A program made the translations under genes and the position numbers. A stretch of 44,971 nucleotides of DNA from a virus (Duplodnaviria > Caudoviricetes). The stretch spans positions 1 through 44,971 of IMG/VR virus record IMGVR_UViG_3300037439_000094, one strand, 5' to 3'. This document shows positions 25,154-36,096 of this stretch, piece by piece (the first letter of the stretch is position 1; every line of letters begins with the position of its first letter). The notes under the pieces are model-generated. The model ran no database searches. It saw nothing but the letters and a program-made list of their open reading frames with translations, and had not been told where the DNA came from.

Positions 25154-28100
25154 ACAGAAACATCGCAGTCATCCTCTCCGGTAGGGACGCGGGCCTGGCC
25201 CGTACTCTGGGTGCTGCGTCGGGTGCCATCGACCGGTTTACCTCGAACATCGCGAACGCCAACACGCGGGCAGCCAAGGCAGCTGCCGCGATCAAGTTTG
25301 CGCTCACTGCCCTGGGAGTGGTGGCAGTCGTCGCACTCGGAGCCGCGCTAGCGTCGGCTGTCAAGTTCGAGATGCAGATGGCAAACGTGGAGACGGTCGC
25401 CCACGCGGGAGCTGCCGGAATCAAGCAGATGGGGAACGCCGTTCTCAATCTGTCGACCAACGTTCCACAGACTACTGCTACGTTGACCAAGGGCCTGTAC
25501 GACATCGCGTCGTCGGGCTTCTACGGTGCAGATGCACTGCATGTCCTCGAGGTCAGTGCCATGGCGGCCTCGGCGGGCATCACGGAAACGGGGATCTCAG
25601 CCAAGGCCATCACGGCAGTCCTGAACGCCTATGGGTTGTCTGCCCGTGAAGCCAGTGATGTCTCGGACATCATGTTCCAGACGGTGGAACTTGGTGTCAT
25701 TACGTTCGAGGAACTGTCTTCACAGCTCGGTGACGTGATCGGTGCCTCAGCCGCGGCAGGGATCGAGTTTGACGAGGTGGGGGCGGCCATCGCGGCCATG
25801 ACCCTGTCGGGACTGGGTGCATCTGAGGCTGTCACCTCGTTGAACCGTCTCATCGGCAAGATCATCAAGCCCTCCGAGAACCTCGCGACCGCCTTCCGCA
25901 AGATGGGGTTCGAGTCAGGTGCGGCAGCCCTCGAGCAGGAGGGTCTGTTCGGGGTCATGGAGAAGATCCGCCTCGTGACTGGCGGACAGATCCAAGAGAT
26001 CGTCAAACTGTTCCCGGAGATCAGGGCAGCTCGAGGTGCCTACGCCCTTCTGGCAGCTGATGGGGCAAACTATGCTCGAGTCCAGAACATCATCACGAAC
26101 GAGCAGTCACGGGCCGGTGCTACGCAAGAGGCGTTCAACATCCAGATGGAAGCGGCTGGTAACCAGCTCAGGCTGCTGACCAACCGGGTGCAGGTGTTCG
26201 GTATCCGGGTGGGTACGGCTCTCCTCCCCGTCCTCGTGGATACGATCGCCTTCCTGGGGCAGATGGGTACGCGCCTGGGAGAGGGATTCCGCGCCCTGGC
26301 TTCGGCCGCAGGACCTACCCTCGATTCGATCGGAAACGCCATCTCCGAGGTAGCTCGCCTTCTCGAGGTCCTGGGGTCTGTCGTCTCACCGGTGGCTCGA
26401 GGACTGGCTGCGTTGGCGGTCGGTTCACTTCTGGTGTTCCTGCAGAGTCTGGCTGTGGGTCTAGAACTTGTGGCGGGGTTCCTGGCGGATCACCCGGGTC
26501 TAGTACGGGCCGTGGCCATCGCGTACGGTGGCCTACTTGCGGGTCACGTGTTGACAGCCGCTGCGGCGTTCATCAAGCTGCACGCCGGTCTACTCCTGAT
26601 CCGGGCCGGTCTGGCCGGCTTGGCTGCGCAAGCAATCCTGGCCAACGTCGTCACGAGAATCTCGGCCCTGTCCTCTGCTCTTTACGCACTCGTGTCGATC
26701 GGTAACCTCCGTAACCTCGCAAACCTGAAGGTGGCGTTCGCTGGTCTCGGTGGAGTCCTCACCTCACCCGCCCTGGCTGGTGCGGCCGTGATCGGGTTCC
26801 TGTACGCTTTCCAGACTGGTGCGGACAACGCACGGAAGGCGGCCCAGAAGTGGCGGGAGGAGATCGAGGAGGACATCGACTTCACCAGCATCAAGTCCAT
26901 CGAGTCTGGTCTTGCAAAGGCCAGGGCCGAACTACAGCGGACCTCGGAAGCAGCCGAAGAGTACCGTAACGTCGGAGGGTTCTTCCAGTTCGTGGCGGAG
27001 ACGATCACTCCTCTCGAGAACAATCTGCAGAACCTGAAGGCAGCCAACGAGGAAGCGGCAGCGGCTACCAGAGAGTGGGAACAGGCGGGTCTGAACCAGA
27101 TATCAGCACTCGAACAGATAGCGGGTGCCCTGGGTATCACTCGAGAGGAGGCGCAACGCTTCCTGGACGCACTGGACTTTGATCCCACAGCTGAACTCAC
27201 CGCCGAGCGCCTGGGTGACCTTCAGATCCAGGCTGAGCGACTCGCGGTGTCGAACCGGCAGGGCACGGGAAGTACAGATACCTTCGTGAGTGCACTGGAG
27301 ACGATCGCGGATCCGGCAGCCACGGCTGAGGACCGCATCAACGCGTTGACCGACGCGATCAACTCGTTTGTGGAGACTGCTCTCGGAGTCTCCAACGCCG
27401 CGATCGCGTGGGAACAGGCACTGGACGACTTTACCGCGGCAGCCAAGGAGAACGCGGGAGCACTGACCGACAACGGTGAGGCGTTCGACATCAACACCCA
27501 GAAGGGCCGAGACGTCGCCAGTGCATTCAACGAGATGACCGAGGCAGCTATCGGACACGCCAACGCGGTGGTAGAGGATACCGGGTCTATCTCAGCCGGT
27601 GTCGACATCCTCGAGAAGCACCGTCAGCAGCTGATTAACCAGCTCGAGGCATACGGCATGTCCGAGGAAGCTGCGACCAACTACGTCAACGCGCTCGGTC
27701 TTACCCCGGACAACATCTCTACCCTCATCGAGCTGGAGAACGCTGAGGGAGCCATGCTCAGCCTCAACGAGTTCGAGTACATGCTGAAGCTGGTAGACGA
27801 GGCTGAGTCCAGCCCTACCGTGGACATCGACAGTGAGAAGTTCAACGAGAACTTCATCAAGATCGGTGATGCTCTGTTCCAGATTGATCAGGCTAACCCC
27901 GAGGCTGATGTCACGTTGAACGGTGAGAAGTTCACTCCTACCGCGGAGATGGTGACGGCGTGGGCGGACCACTGGAACGACTCCTCACCACAGGCGCAGG
28001 CGCTACTGTCCATCATCGATCCACAGGGTAAGTTCACCACCCTGAGCGAGGCGGCGGCGAACTGGGACGCGGCTAGCCCAGAGGCATCAGCTCGCGTCAA

Positions 28101-28791
28101 CAGCTCGGACGCACTCATCAAGTTCAGGAACCTGGAGGCACGAGCCGACAGCTGGGACTCGTCGAAGCCGGAAGCCTCGGCAATGGTGAACCACGCGAAC
28201 GCCATGAACAGGTTCCGTGAGGTGGAGGCCCGACGCAACGCGTGGGACCGCAGCTCGGGCGACGCCACCATGTCGGTGACTGACCACGCCAGTGCCACCC
28301 TAGCCAACATCAAGGCCCGTCTGGACGCCATCAGGTCCAAGACGATCACCGTGGTTACGCAGGACGTGAGGATCAGCTCGGGCCCGGGTGGAAGCGGTGG
28401 CGTTCCCAACCGCATGGGTGGTCTCTGGGACAACACCTTCGCGGCCCAGGCTGGTCTCGCGTGGCAGGCCAGGGTTCTGAACGCTCCCACCATCTTCGCG
28501 GGTGAGCGTGAGACTGGTGGTGAAGCGTTCATCCCGAAGCGGGGCAACCCCAACCGAAGCCTGGGCATTCTCGGCGAGGCTGCCGGGTGGTACGGTATGG
28601 AGCTGCGCCCTGCAGGCAGCAGTGGCGGTGGAAACGTCACCATGGACAACAGGACCTTCGTGACCGTAGAGGTCAGAGCGAAGGGGTCCATCACAGACAA
28701 GAAGGGCCTGGTCGGTGAGATCAAGCGAGTGGTACAGGGCGAGCTGGACGATCACGACCGCAAGCTGGCACGAGGGTTGGTGAGTCGCTGA
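25150..28791 (+). CDS. tape measure protein
   Basis: 1213 aa, Ala-rich helical; TP901-type core (LYDIASSG, FQTVELG..TFEEL); C-terminal AGERETGGEAFIP. Confidence 0.95.
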   Translation: MNRNIAVILSGRDAGLARTLGAASGAIDRFTSNIANANTRAAKAAAAIKFALTALGVVAVVALGAALASAVKFEMQMANVETVAHAGAAGIKQMGNAVLNLSTNVPQTTATLTKGLYDIASSGFYGADALHVLEVSAMAASAGITETGISAKAITAVLNAYGLSAREASDVSDIMFQTVELGVITFEELSSQLGDVIGASAAAGIEFDEVGAAIAAMTLSGLGASEAVTSLNRLIGKIIKPSENLATAFRKMGFESGAAALEQEGLFGVMEKIRLVTGGQIQEIVKLFPEIRAARGAYALLAADGANYARVQNIITNEQSRAGATQEAFNIQMEAAGNQLRLLTNRVQVFGIRVGTALLPVLVDTIAFLGQMGTRLGEGFRALASAAGPTLDSIGNAISEVARLLEVLGSVVSPVARGLAALAVGSLLVFLQSLAVGLELVAGFLADHPGLVRAVAIAYGGLLAGHVLTAAAAFIKLHAGLLLIRAGLAGLAAQAILANVVTRISALSSALYALVSIGNLRNLANLKVAFAGLGGVLTSPALAGAAVIGFLYAFQTGADNARKAAQKWREEIEEDIDFTSIKSIESGLAKARAELQRTSEAAEEYRNVGGFFQFVAETITPLENNLQNLKAANEEAAAATREWEQAGLNQISALEQIAGALGITREEAQRFLDALDFDPTAELTAERLGDLQIQAERLAVSNRQGTGSTDTFVSALETIADPAATAEDRINALTDAINSFVETALGVSNAAIAWEQALDDFTAAAKENAGALTDNGEAFDINTQKGRDVASAFNEMTEAAIGHANAVVEDTGSISAGVDILEKHRQQLINQLEAYGMSEEAATNYVNALGLTPDNISTLIELENAEGAMLSLNEFEYMLKLVDEAESSPTVDIDSEKFNENFIKIGDALFQIDQANPEADVTLNGEKFTPTAEMVTAWADHWNDSSPQAQALLSIIDPQGKFTTLSEAAANWDAASPEASARVNSSDALIKFRNLEARADSWDSSKPEASAMVNHANAMNRFREVEARRNAWDRSSGDATMSVTDHASATLANIKARLDAIRSKTITVVTQDVRISSGPGGSGGVPNRMGGLWDNTFAAQAGLAWQARVLNAPTIFAGERETGGEAFIPKRGNPNRSLGILGEAAGWYGMELRPAGSSGGGNVTMDNRTFVTVEVRAKGSITDKKGLVGEIKRVVQGELDDHDRKLARGLVSR

Positions 28792-31469
28792 TGGGTACCG
28801 TCGAGATCCTCCCGGACCTTACCGTCGTAGACACAGGGTCTCGTACCATCGTGGGTGGGGCCGGGTCGGTTCTGGCTTCGATCAACGACGCCTCCGATGC
28901 TACATACGTTCAGGCGGCGGGAACCATCGCCGGAAGCTGGGACGCGTACTTCAGGATGGCGGCTCCGGTGGGTATTCCGGCGGGAGCAGCCATCCGCAGT
29001 GTCCAGGTGAAGATGCGGCACTCCCACCCCACGTACATCGTGGGAACCGGGGCCGAGTTCATGCAGCCGATCGCGGTTCTGGTGGGTCGCACCTCGGGCG
29101 GTAAGCACGTCTACGACGCCTACGACACGGCCGGGGCTGCTCTGCACCTACTGGGTACCGGAAGCAGTGCCACCGACGTGACCCTGCCTCGACGGAGCAA
29201 GGACTGGTCGGGTAAGTACTACCTCGGTGAGCGGGCCCAGGTGTTGGCGAACCGCCGTTTCTACGTCAGTGTCAGTGTGACCCGGGGACCCACCGCGCTC
29301 AACCTGGTGCGGCTCTACCGACTCAGTCTGCTCGTCCACTACGACGAGAGACCGGTGGTGGACCTGATCAACCCCGCCGGAGTTGAGGTGGTAGCTCGCC
29401 CTCCGTTTGACTGGACGTTCACGGACGCTGAGGGATACATCCAGAGGGCGTTCGACGTTCGGATCTATACTCTCGCCATGGCGACCGCGGCCGGGTTCAA
29501 CATCGAGGATACCGCGGCGTGGCCTCCGGTGTACCGGCGCCAGGGCAACAGCCCACTCACCCACCACGACCTGGTTTCTGGGTTCGGGCAGAACGGTGAG
29601 TCGTACCGGGCCTTCGTGCGGGCCTCTCACGCTGACGTATGGAACCCCGGCTACATCCAGGCATATGTGCTCAGTGGTGCTCCCCCCTTCTCACCTCTGG
29701 CGGTGTGGGACAGCTCCGACTTCTCCCTCGCCATCGCCGCTCCTCGACCTCCGACTGTGACCGCGGTCTACAACTCGGCCAAGCACGGTATCGAGATCAG
29801 TGTCGATGGACTCGACAACATGCTCGGATACAACGATTCGACCTTCGAGGACGGTGTGGGTGCGTGGCTGGCTGGTAACGCCAACACCACCCTGGCCCAG
29901 ACCAGCGCCCAGGCGTTCCACGGGAACGACTCTCTCCAGCTGACCAGGACGGCCACTACCGGTGACGCGGTCGCCAACGGTCCTGCGGTCGAGGTGATGG
30001 CTGGTGAGGTGTACTCGATCACGGCCATGTTCCGGACGGCCGTGACCTCCAGAACCGTGAAGATGTCAGGCGTGTGGTTCTCGGCCAGTGGTGGGCTGCT
30101 GGGTGTCACGTCAGATTCGGTGGATACGCAGGACGTCACCACTGGCTGGAGGATGGCGGTAGCCTGGGGCACGGCTCCGGCCAACGCCGCGTTCCTGGTT
30201 CCTGTGGCGACCGTGGTGGGTGCGGTAGCATCCGAGGTTCACTACCTGGACGCGGTCGGGGTCTTTCCCGGGATGCACACCAACTATCTGACTGAGAACC
30301 AGGCCACCATCGAGGTCAACACGACCGGGTGGGCTGCTGGGGCGAGCAGCGTCATCGCCAGAACCCTCGTGGAGAAGCACCAGGGCCTCGCGTCACTGAG
30401 CCTCACTCGATCAGGTACCACCGGCACAGCCTCGGCCAACACCCCCACCGGCACGAGCGGGATCAAGGTGAACGCCAGCACGGCGTACGGGGCGGGGTTC
30501 TACCTGAAGTCCTCGGTGTCGAGGACCGCTCGGGTGGTCATCGACTGGTACACGGCCGCGGGTGCCCTCATCAGCTCGTCCAACGGGTCCTCGGTGGCCA
30601 GTACCACCACCGGCTGGACCTTGTACTCGGTGTTTGCCACATCTCCCGGTACGGCTGCCTTTGCCACAGTCAAGGTCGAGGTACTGACCAGCGTGGCGGT
30701 GGGTGAGCTGCACTTCGTGGACTCCATCGGGTTCTGGGCCGGCACGACGGTCCAGACGTTCTTCCCCTGGGCACAGGGTGGGTTCCTGAGCGACGATCCT
30801 GCTCAACACGTCATCATCCTGGAGCGGTACCTCGAGCTGGACGAGTATGGGATGCCGATGTGGGAGGTGGTACCTGAACCTCGAGTGGTGCACGATCCTC
30901 GACACCAGAGCCTCGACTACGTGGACTACGAGGTGCCTGCTCTGGCCACAGGGACCTACCGGGCCATGATCGAGGCACTGAACCAGGACGGTGACCCCAT
31001 CAACTCCGGCTGGTCCGTCGAGACCTCCGAGGACATGGTGGCGTTCGACTCGTGGTGGCTACGTGATCCTCTGGACGCCGGTAACCTCACGATGAAGATC
31101 CGGGTCAACAAGGCGACGATCACAGTTCCGAAGCCCAACACCACGGACTACCCGGTGGGATCTGACTCCGGGGTCATGACCCACGACGGGGTCAAGGAAC
31201 CGGTCATCAACTGCGAGATTCAGCTACTGGACGAGGCCCAGTACGAGATGTTCCGGGCCATGGTGGACTCGGGCGCTACGCTGCTTCTGCAGGACGTGCT
31301 GGGTAGGCAGTGGTACGTCCAGCCAGATGACGGGACGGAGTACGACATCCTCAGGGCCGCCAAGACGCCTCTAGAGTCGTGGCCGGTGCGCCACGCTCAC
31401 AAGGTGAGCATCGACTTCGTGTCCGTGGAGCGACCTCGGGCCCTGGCGACAGCGTCTACCCATGGGTAG
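28791..31469 (+). CDS. minor tail protein (Dit-like with two CBM-like insertions)
   Basis: Directly after the tape measure gene; two repeats N.L....TFE....W...AFHG..SL.LTR; C-terminal LLLQD..GRQWYV. Confidence 0.75.
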   Translation: MGTVEILPDLTVVDTGSRTIVGGAGSVLASINDASDATYVQAAGTIAGSWDAYFRMAAPVGIPAGAAIRSVQVKMRHSHPTYIVGTGAEFMQPIAVLVGRTSGGKHVYDAYDTAGAALHLLGTGSSATDVTLPRRSKDWSGKYYLGERAQVLANRRFYVSVSVTRGPTALNLVRLYRLSLLVHYDERPVVDLINPAGVEVVARPPFDWTFTDAEGYIQRAFDVRIYTLAMATAAGFNIEDTAAWPPVYRRQGNSPLTHHDLVSGFGQNGESYRAFVRASHADVWNPGYIQAYVLSGAPPFSPLAVWDSSDFSLAIAAPRPPTVTAVYNSAKHGIEISVDGLDNMLGYNDSTFEDGVGAWLAGNANTTLAQTSAQAFHGNDSLQLTRTATTGDAVANGPAVEVMAGEVYSITAMFRTAVTSRTVKMSGVWFSASGGLLGVTSDSVDTQDVTTGWRMAVAWGTAPANAAFLVPVATVVGAVASEVHYLDAVGVFPGMHTNYLTENQATIEVNTTGWAAGASSVIARTLVEKHQGLASLSLTRSGTTGTASANTPTGTSGIKVNASTAYGAGFYLKSSVSRTARVVIDWYTAAGALISSSNGSSVASTTTGWTLYSVFATSPGTAAFATVKVEVLTSVAVGELHFVDSIGFWAGTTVQTFFPWAQGGFLSDDPAQHVIILERYLELDEYGMPMWEVVPEPRVVHDPRHQSLDYVDYEVPALATGTYRAMIEALNQDGDPINSGWSVETSEDMVAFDSWWLRDPLDAGNLTMKIRVNKATITVPKPNTTDYPVGSDSGVMTHDGVKEPVINCEIQLLDEAQYEMFRAMVDSGATLLLQDVLGRQWYVQPDDGTEYDILRAAKTPLESWPVRHAHKVSIDFVSVERPRALATASTHG

Positions 31470-32640
31470 GTTCGTCCCGTCTGACATGACTCATCTGGTC
31501 ATCGAGTCAGGACAGATCGTTCCTGTCATCGAGATCTACGATGCTCGTCACGGGGAACTGCTGCTCTCCTCAGATCCCTCCAACGCAGGCGATGCTCGGA
31601 TGAAGATCGTCGACGGGTCTGTCACTACCGATACGACCAGGGCTGTGGTGGGTACTGCTGACGCCCGGATCGTGGTAGACGAGGAGACGGCCGGGGCGGT
31701 GGTCCCCCTCGTCCAAGACGCAGGTCTGTCCCCCACCGCTCCTGCTCGAGTTCACGTTAAGTTCAAGGCTCCCGGGTCGTCCCAGCACTCCGACTACGGG
31801 GTGTACGAACTCGATACTTTGAGCATCGACGAGACCGAAGCAGGTATCCTGTTGAACGCGGAGGTCTCAGACAACTCCAGGCGGGTGGAGCGGGCCCGGT
31901 TCTTCCGTCCCAGAACCATCGCCAACAGGACCCCGTATGCCGACGCGTTCCTCAACCTCCTCGAGAGCGTGCTTCCTGAGTCCGAGATCACCATCGCGCA
32001 GACCAAGGCCAAGACGGGAGTTCTGTCGTTTGACATCCAGGACGACCGGCTTGCTGCGGTCAACTCGATGGCCACGGCGATCGGATACCGGATCGACTGG
32101 AACCACGAGGGCAGAGGTAACACGGACATCTCTCCCGACACTGACTCGGACTCCGAGCCGATGTGGGAGTTCATCGACGGAGGTAACGCGAGGATCACCG
32201 CGGCTACCCGGGTACTGACCGACGAGCGGTCGTATAACGGGGTCATTGCCATGGGTGAGGCAGCCGGGAGCGACACGCCCCCGGTACGGGCAGAGTGGTG
32301 GGACACGAACCCCGAGTCACCCACCTACTTCGACCCGACCCAGCCGCAGGAGTCAACGTACGGTCCTGTTCCGTTCTTCTATGTATCTGAGTTCATCACC
32401 ACGAAGACGCAGGCTCTCAACGCTGCCAAGTCGCGTCTACCGAAGGTATTGGGTCTGGTAGAGGAGTTGACGATCAAGGCGGTGCGTCACCCAGGCATCG
32501 TTCCGGGTGATCCGATCTTTGTCAGTCGTCCTTCTATCGGAGTCAACGGGATCTACATAGTTCAGAGTGTCAACCTGCCGCTGCTCGGGTCAGGTGGTAG
32601 AATGACGATCGTGTGCCGCGAGCGACGGGTGTTCATCTGA
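31462..32640 (+). CDS. minor tail protein or baseplate hub (DUF5047-like)
   Basis: GSVT.D, YNGVIA.GE, D..P.SPTY, YG.VP.FY.S motifs. Confidence 0.8.
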   Translation: MGRFVPSDMTHLVIESGQIVPVIEIYDARHGELLLSSDPSNAGDARMKIVDGSVTTDTTRAVVGTADARIVVDEETAGAVVPLVQDAGLSPTAPARVHVKFKAPGSSQHSDYGVYELDTLSIDETEAGILLNAEVSDNSRRVERARFFRPRTIANRTPYADAFLNLLESVLPESEITIAQTKAKTGVLSFDIQDDRLAAVNSMATAIGYRIDWNHEGRGNTDISPDTDSDSEPMWEFIDGGNARITAATRVLTDERSYNGVIAMGEAAGSDTPPVRAEWWDTNPESPTYFDPTQPQESTYGPVPFFYVSEFITTKTQALNAAKSRLPKVLGLVEELTIKAVRHPGIVPGDPIFVSRPSIGVNGIYIVQSVNLPLLGSGGRMTIVCRERRVFI

Positions 32641-33980
32641 TGCCGGCTGACAACCTCACCGCACTGCAGGAAGTGCTCAAGCCTCGTCTGGGTGGCGTAG
32701 CACAGGTAGACGCCATGATCCGACTGGGTCAGGTGATTGACACCGCCGGTTTGGCTGACGTCCCTCCCACCCTTCTGATCGGCAACGCTGAGATAAACGT
32801 TCAGATGCGAGTAGCTGGAGACGTCTGGTCTTACCACCCAGGAGACACCGTGGTGTGGACACAGAGGGCTGACGTCCCTCTGGTCCTCGGGGTGCTCCCG
32901 TCCATCGGGACAGAGTCGGACTTCGAACATGAGGACTTCACTCCCTGGCACGAGATCGGAGATGCCGGGGAACCCGCCTTCCAGAATAGCTGGGTCAACT
33001 TCGGGTCAGGATTCGAGACCGCGGGATACTGGAAGCAGTCCGACGGCTGGGTGCGGCTAAAGGGCGTGATAAAGAACGGGACCACCGGATCTCTGGTGAT
33101 CGTGTTCTCACTCCCTACAGGATACCGACCACCCCGTTCCATGTACTTTACGACACAGTCGACCGACGGCACGGCAGCCATCCGGGTAGACCAGGCGGGT
33201 GAGGTCCGGATCATCACCACCCCCGGTAACACCTACGTCTCACTGTGCGGGATCACGTTTCCCAGCTCGATGAACTTCACCTCCGACGCGGGTACGATAC
33301 ATCACCGGGGTCGGTGGAACGCACCGAGCCTGGGTAGCGGGTGGGCGAGAGCTAACGTCGGATCCTCTGAGACCACGTTCTTCACGAGGTCTGACGGGTG
33401 GGTGTGGGTGACCGGTGCCATCGACGCGTCCAGTGCTCCTCCAGGTAACGCCTTCTCCATGCCTGACGACGCAGCAGCCGGCTGGCGGTGCCACATGTGC
33501 TGTGGTCTAGGACTGGGTCTGTCCCGCTCGAGTATCGGAGGAGGTGACCCGGGAACCGGTCGGGGACCCCGCATCTGGCGGGTCGAGACGGGTTCTACGG
33601 GAGTCATCTACATCGGAGGGATCAACTACTTCGGGCAACGTTCCTGTACCACCAGTGACCACGCTCCAGGTACGGGCGTCTCGTTCGAGAACAGCTGGGT
33701 GAACTGGGGCGCAGATTTCCAGGACGTGAAGTACAAGAAGGACGCTCATGGGATCGTCCACGTCTGGGGACTTGCTGACGGTTCCGCAGCCTCCGCGACC
33801 ACGATCTTCACGCTCCCGGTAGGATACCGCCCCCTGGGTCGACATATCTTCAACTCGGTCCGTACCGGCAACGGGCAGGGCAGGATCGACGTTCTTGCAG
33901 ATGGTCAGGTGGTAGCTCAGGGTTTCGCCCTGAACGGATTCACCTCGCTGACCGGAGTCACCTTCCGCGCGATGCAGTGA
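32640..33980 (+). CDS. tail receptor-binding or fibre protein with three related domains
   Basis: Repeated NSWVN..Y.K...G.V...G....F.LP.GYRP modules. Confidence 0.75.
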   Translation: MPADNLTALQEVLKPRLGGVAQVDAMIRLGQVIDTAGLADVPPTLLIGNAEINVQMRVAGDVWSYHPGDTVVWTQRADVPLVLGVLPSIGTESDFEHEDFTPWHEIGDAGEPAFQNSWVNFGSGFETAGYWKQSDGWVRLKGVIKNGTTGSLVIVFSLPTGYRPPRSMYFTTQSTDGTAAIRVDQAGEVRIITTPGNTYVSLCGITFPSSMNFTSDAGTIHHRGRWNAPSLGSGWARANVGSSETTFFTRSDGWVWVTGAIDASSAPPGNAFSMPDDAAAGWRCHMCCGLGLGLSRSSIGGGDPGTGRGPRIWRVETGSTGVIYIGGINYFGQRSCTTSDHAPGTGVSFENSWVNWGADFQDVKYKKDAHGIVHVWGLADGSAASATTIFTLPVGYRPLGRHIFNSVRTGNGQGRIDVLADGQVVAQGFALNGFTSLTGVTFRAMQ

Positions 33981-34015
33981 GTATCCTCTAGTCAACGAAA
34001 CGAAGGAGACACTTC

Positions 34016-34222
34016 ATGACAGACGTTAACGTAGAGGATGACGGTCAGCTCGACGGTTGCGCGATCGAGTTTGACGATCCTGAGTACAACACGGAGGACG
34101 GTGAGCAACAGGACGCGGTCGTGATGTTCGCGGACTGCTTCGACGACCCGGAGGCCGTGGAACAGCGGCGGGCCGAGTTGGTGGAGTGGGCAGCTGCCGT
34201 GGAGGAGGAGCCCGATGCGTGA
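34016..34222 (+). CDS. small acidic protein overlapping the endolysin start
   Basis: GAAGGAG RBS; very Asp/Glu-rich. Confidence 0.65.
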   Translation: MTDVNVEDDGQLDGCAIEFDDPEYNTEDGEQQDAVVMFADCFDDPEAVEQRRAELVEWAAAVEEEPDA

Positions 34223-35093
34223 CACCGGACTCGCCGACAGGATCCGTGCCAAGGGGGTCACGGTCGTCGAGGTAGCAGGCTGGACGACCCGAGGCAACGA
34301 CGGCAACGGGTTCTCCGTCTTTCGTCCTCGAGGATCCGGCAACCACCACACTGCCGGCTCGAGCAGTGGGACGACCCCCAGCCTCTCCACCTGCATCTAC
34401 GGTCGCCCGGACGTGGGTGGCCCACTGTGTCAGGTGCTTCAGTCACGCGAAGCTGATCCTTCCAAGGACAAGGCATACGTCATCGCGGCAGGCAAGGCCA
34501 ACCACGGTGGCGTGGGTACCTGGACCGGTGACTCCGGGACGATGGACTCCAACTACGAGTCCGAGGGTCTCGAGATCGAGCACATCGGCACCACCACGGT
34601 GCCGGCAGCCCGCCTCGAGATCGCTGCCAGGATCCAGGCTGCGATGTTGGAGGCCCCTGGCAGCTCTCGAGATGCCTCGATGTGCTGGCAGCACTTCGAG
34701 TACGCCAAGCCTGACGGTCGCAAGATCGACTTCGCCAAGCTGTATCCGCTCAACGCGGATTCGTTCAGAGAACGTGTGGCCTTCTGGATAGGCCGCACCC
34801 AGACACAGGGAGAGTGGCTCGACATGGTGAGCAAGACAGAGTTCGACAACGCGTTCGAGGGTGTGGCACCCGCAGGCATCCGCATCGCGGAGAAGGGTGT
34901 GGCCTCGCCGGCGAAGGTCTACTACTCGGACCTCCAGTCGTACATCTTCGAGTGCAAGAACGGCGGCCGGTACGACGCGCTTCGGAAGGCCCTGCTCACG
35001 ATGCAGGGCAGGAGCACCACGGCCCAGCGGTTCGAGAAGGCTCTCCTCGACGAGATGATGGCAGTGTTCCCGGACGCCAAGCGTCTCCCCTGA
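34215..35093 (+). CDS. endolysin, N-acetylmuramoyl-L-alanine amidase (Amidase_2)
   Basis: GWTTRG, HHTAG, GPLCQ, AAGKANHGG, GLEIE and H.EY...RKID Zn-amidase motifs. Confidence 0.9.
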   Translation: MRDTGLADRIRAKGVTVVEVAGWTTRGNDGNGFSVFRPRGSGNHHTAGSSSGTTPSLSTCIYGRPDVGGPLCQVLQSREADPSKDKAYVIAAGKANHGGVGTWTGDSGTMDSNYESEGLEIEHIGTTTVPAARLEIAARIQAAMLEAPGSSRDASMCWQHFEYAKPDGRKIDFAKLYPLNADSFRERVAFWIGRTQTQGEWLDMVSKTEFDNAFEGVAPAGIRIAEKGVASPAKVYYSDLQSYIFECKNGGRYDALRKALLTMQGRSTTAQRFEKALLDEMMAVFPDAKRLP

Positions 35094-35094
35094 G

Positions 35095-35424
35095 GTGACC
35101 AAGATGGCCGAACACGAGCAGCTCACCGAACTCAAGACGATCAACGCTTCTCTGGTCGTGTTGATCGGTGAGCTGCGTCGGTCCGTTGTCATCGAGGACA
35201 CGGTCGCCGAGATGGCCGGCATTATCCAGGAGATCCACCTCCTCGTGAACAGTGAAAAGACGGCAGGGTTCGAGCGTGAACTCAGCGCGACGAAACGCGA
35301 GCTACTTCTACTCGAGGAACTGGGTCGTCCTGCCTCTGTCATCCAGGAGACCAAGACCCGGATCCAGAAGATCGAGGAGACGCTCTCCGAACGTGCTTCC
35401 GCTCAGGCGAAGATTGACTCGTGA
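35095..35424 (+). CDS. hypothetical protein (lysis region)
   Basis: IHLLVNS motif, coiled coil. Confidence 0.65.
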   Translation: MTKMAEHEQLTELKTINASLVVLIGELRRSVVIEDTVAEMAGIIQEIHLLVNSEKTAGFERELSATKRELLLLEELGRPASVIQETKTRIQKIEETLSERASAQAKIDS

Positions 35425-35427
35425 GCT

Positions 35428-35721
35428 ATGACCAATCTTCCGGTGTTCGCCCTTATTCTCGGGTCCTTGGGTGCGATCCTCAGCGTCATCGCGACGATCA
35501 GAGGCCAACTGACAGGGTCCAAGGAGAGCCAGCTCGCCCTCGCCTGGAAGATGCAGGAGAAGCAGCTGGACATGCTCGTCGAGGAGAACAAGGATCTGCG
35601 GACACGCGTTCGTCACAGTGAGCAGGAGCAGATCAAACTCCGAGACGATCACAAGCAGTGCATGGAGATCAAACGACTGCTCGAGATCCAGATCGAGGTT
35701 CTCAAGCAGAGAGGGATCTGA
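35428..35721 (+). CDS. membrane protein with coiled coil
   Basis: N-terminal TM segment followed by a heptad pattern. Confidence 0.7.
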   Translation: MTNLPVFALILGSLGAILSVIATIRGQLTGSKESQLALAWKMQEKQLDMLVEENKDLRTRVRHSEQEQIKLRDDHKQCMEIKRLLEIQIEVLKQRGI

Positions 35722-36074
35722 TGGCTCTGATACCGACTCCTACCAGCCGGAGCATCCAGGCTGTCGCCGTCATCAAGGCGATAGGGTCGATCGTGAGTGC
35801 CGTAGCCGTCCTCGTGCTAGCTGTAGCTGTCGGGTTCCTGGTACGCGAGAACGAACATCTACGTCGAGAACAGGAGTGCAGGTTCGACCTCTCCACGGAT
35901 GTAGCCACGATCAGTGACAGGATCGACGCGATCACGGCTGAGATCTTCGTAGCTGCTATCGAAGAGGACGAGCAGGAGCTGGACCGTCTAGGAGCGTCGC
36001 TCGACACTCACCTCCAGGAACTCAACCCAGCTATCGATCGTAGAACAGAAGCGATCAGGATCTGCGAAGAGTAG
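35721..36074 (+). CDS. membrane protein
   Basis: TGATG coupling, one TM segment, two Cys. Confidence 0.7.
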   Translation: MALIPTPTSRSIQAVAVIKAIGSIVSAVAVLVLAVAVGFLVRENEHLRREQECRFDLSTDVATISDRIDAITAEIFVAAIEEDEQELDRLGASLDTHLQELNPAIDRRTEAIRICEE

Positions 36075-36096
36075 TCAACCACAGAAGGAGATCCGA

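Noticed and set aside
32940-33980. Diversity-generating retroelement target or template repeats
   Set aside because: The repeats are similar only at protein level, differences are not adenine-specific, and no reverse transcriptase is in the window.
34443-35354. Long antisense ORFs over the lysin, tape measure, capsid and primase genes
   Set aside because: Typical high-GC shadow frames opposite genes with clear family motifs.
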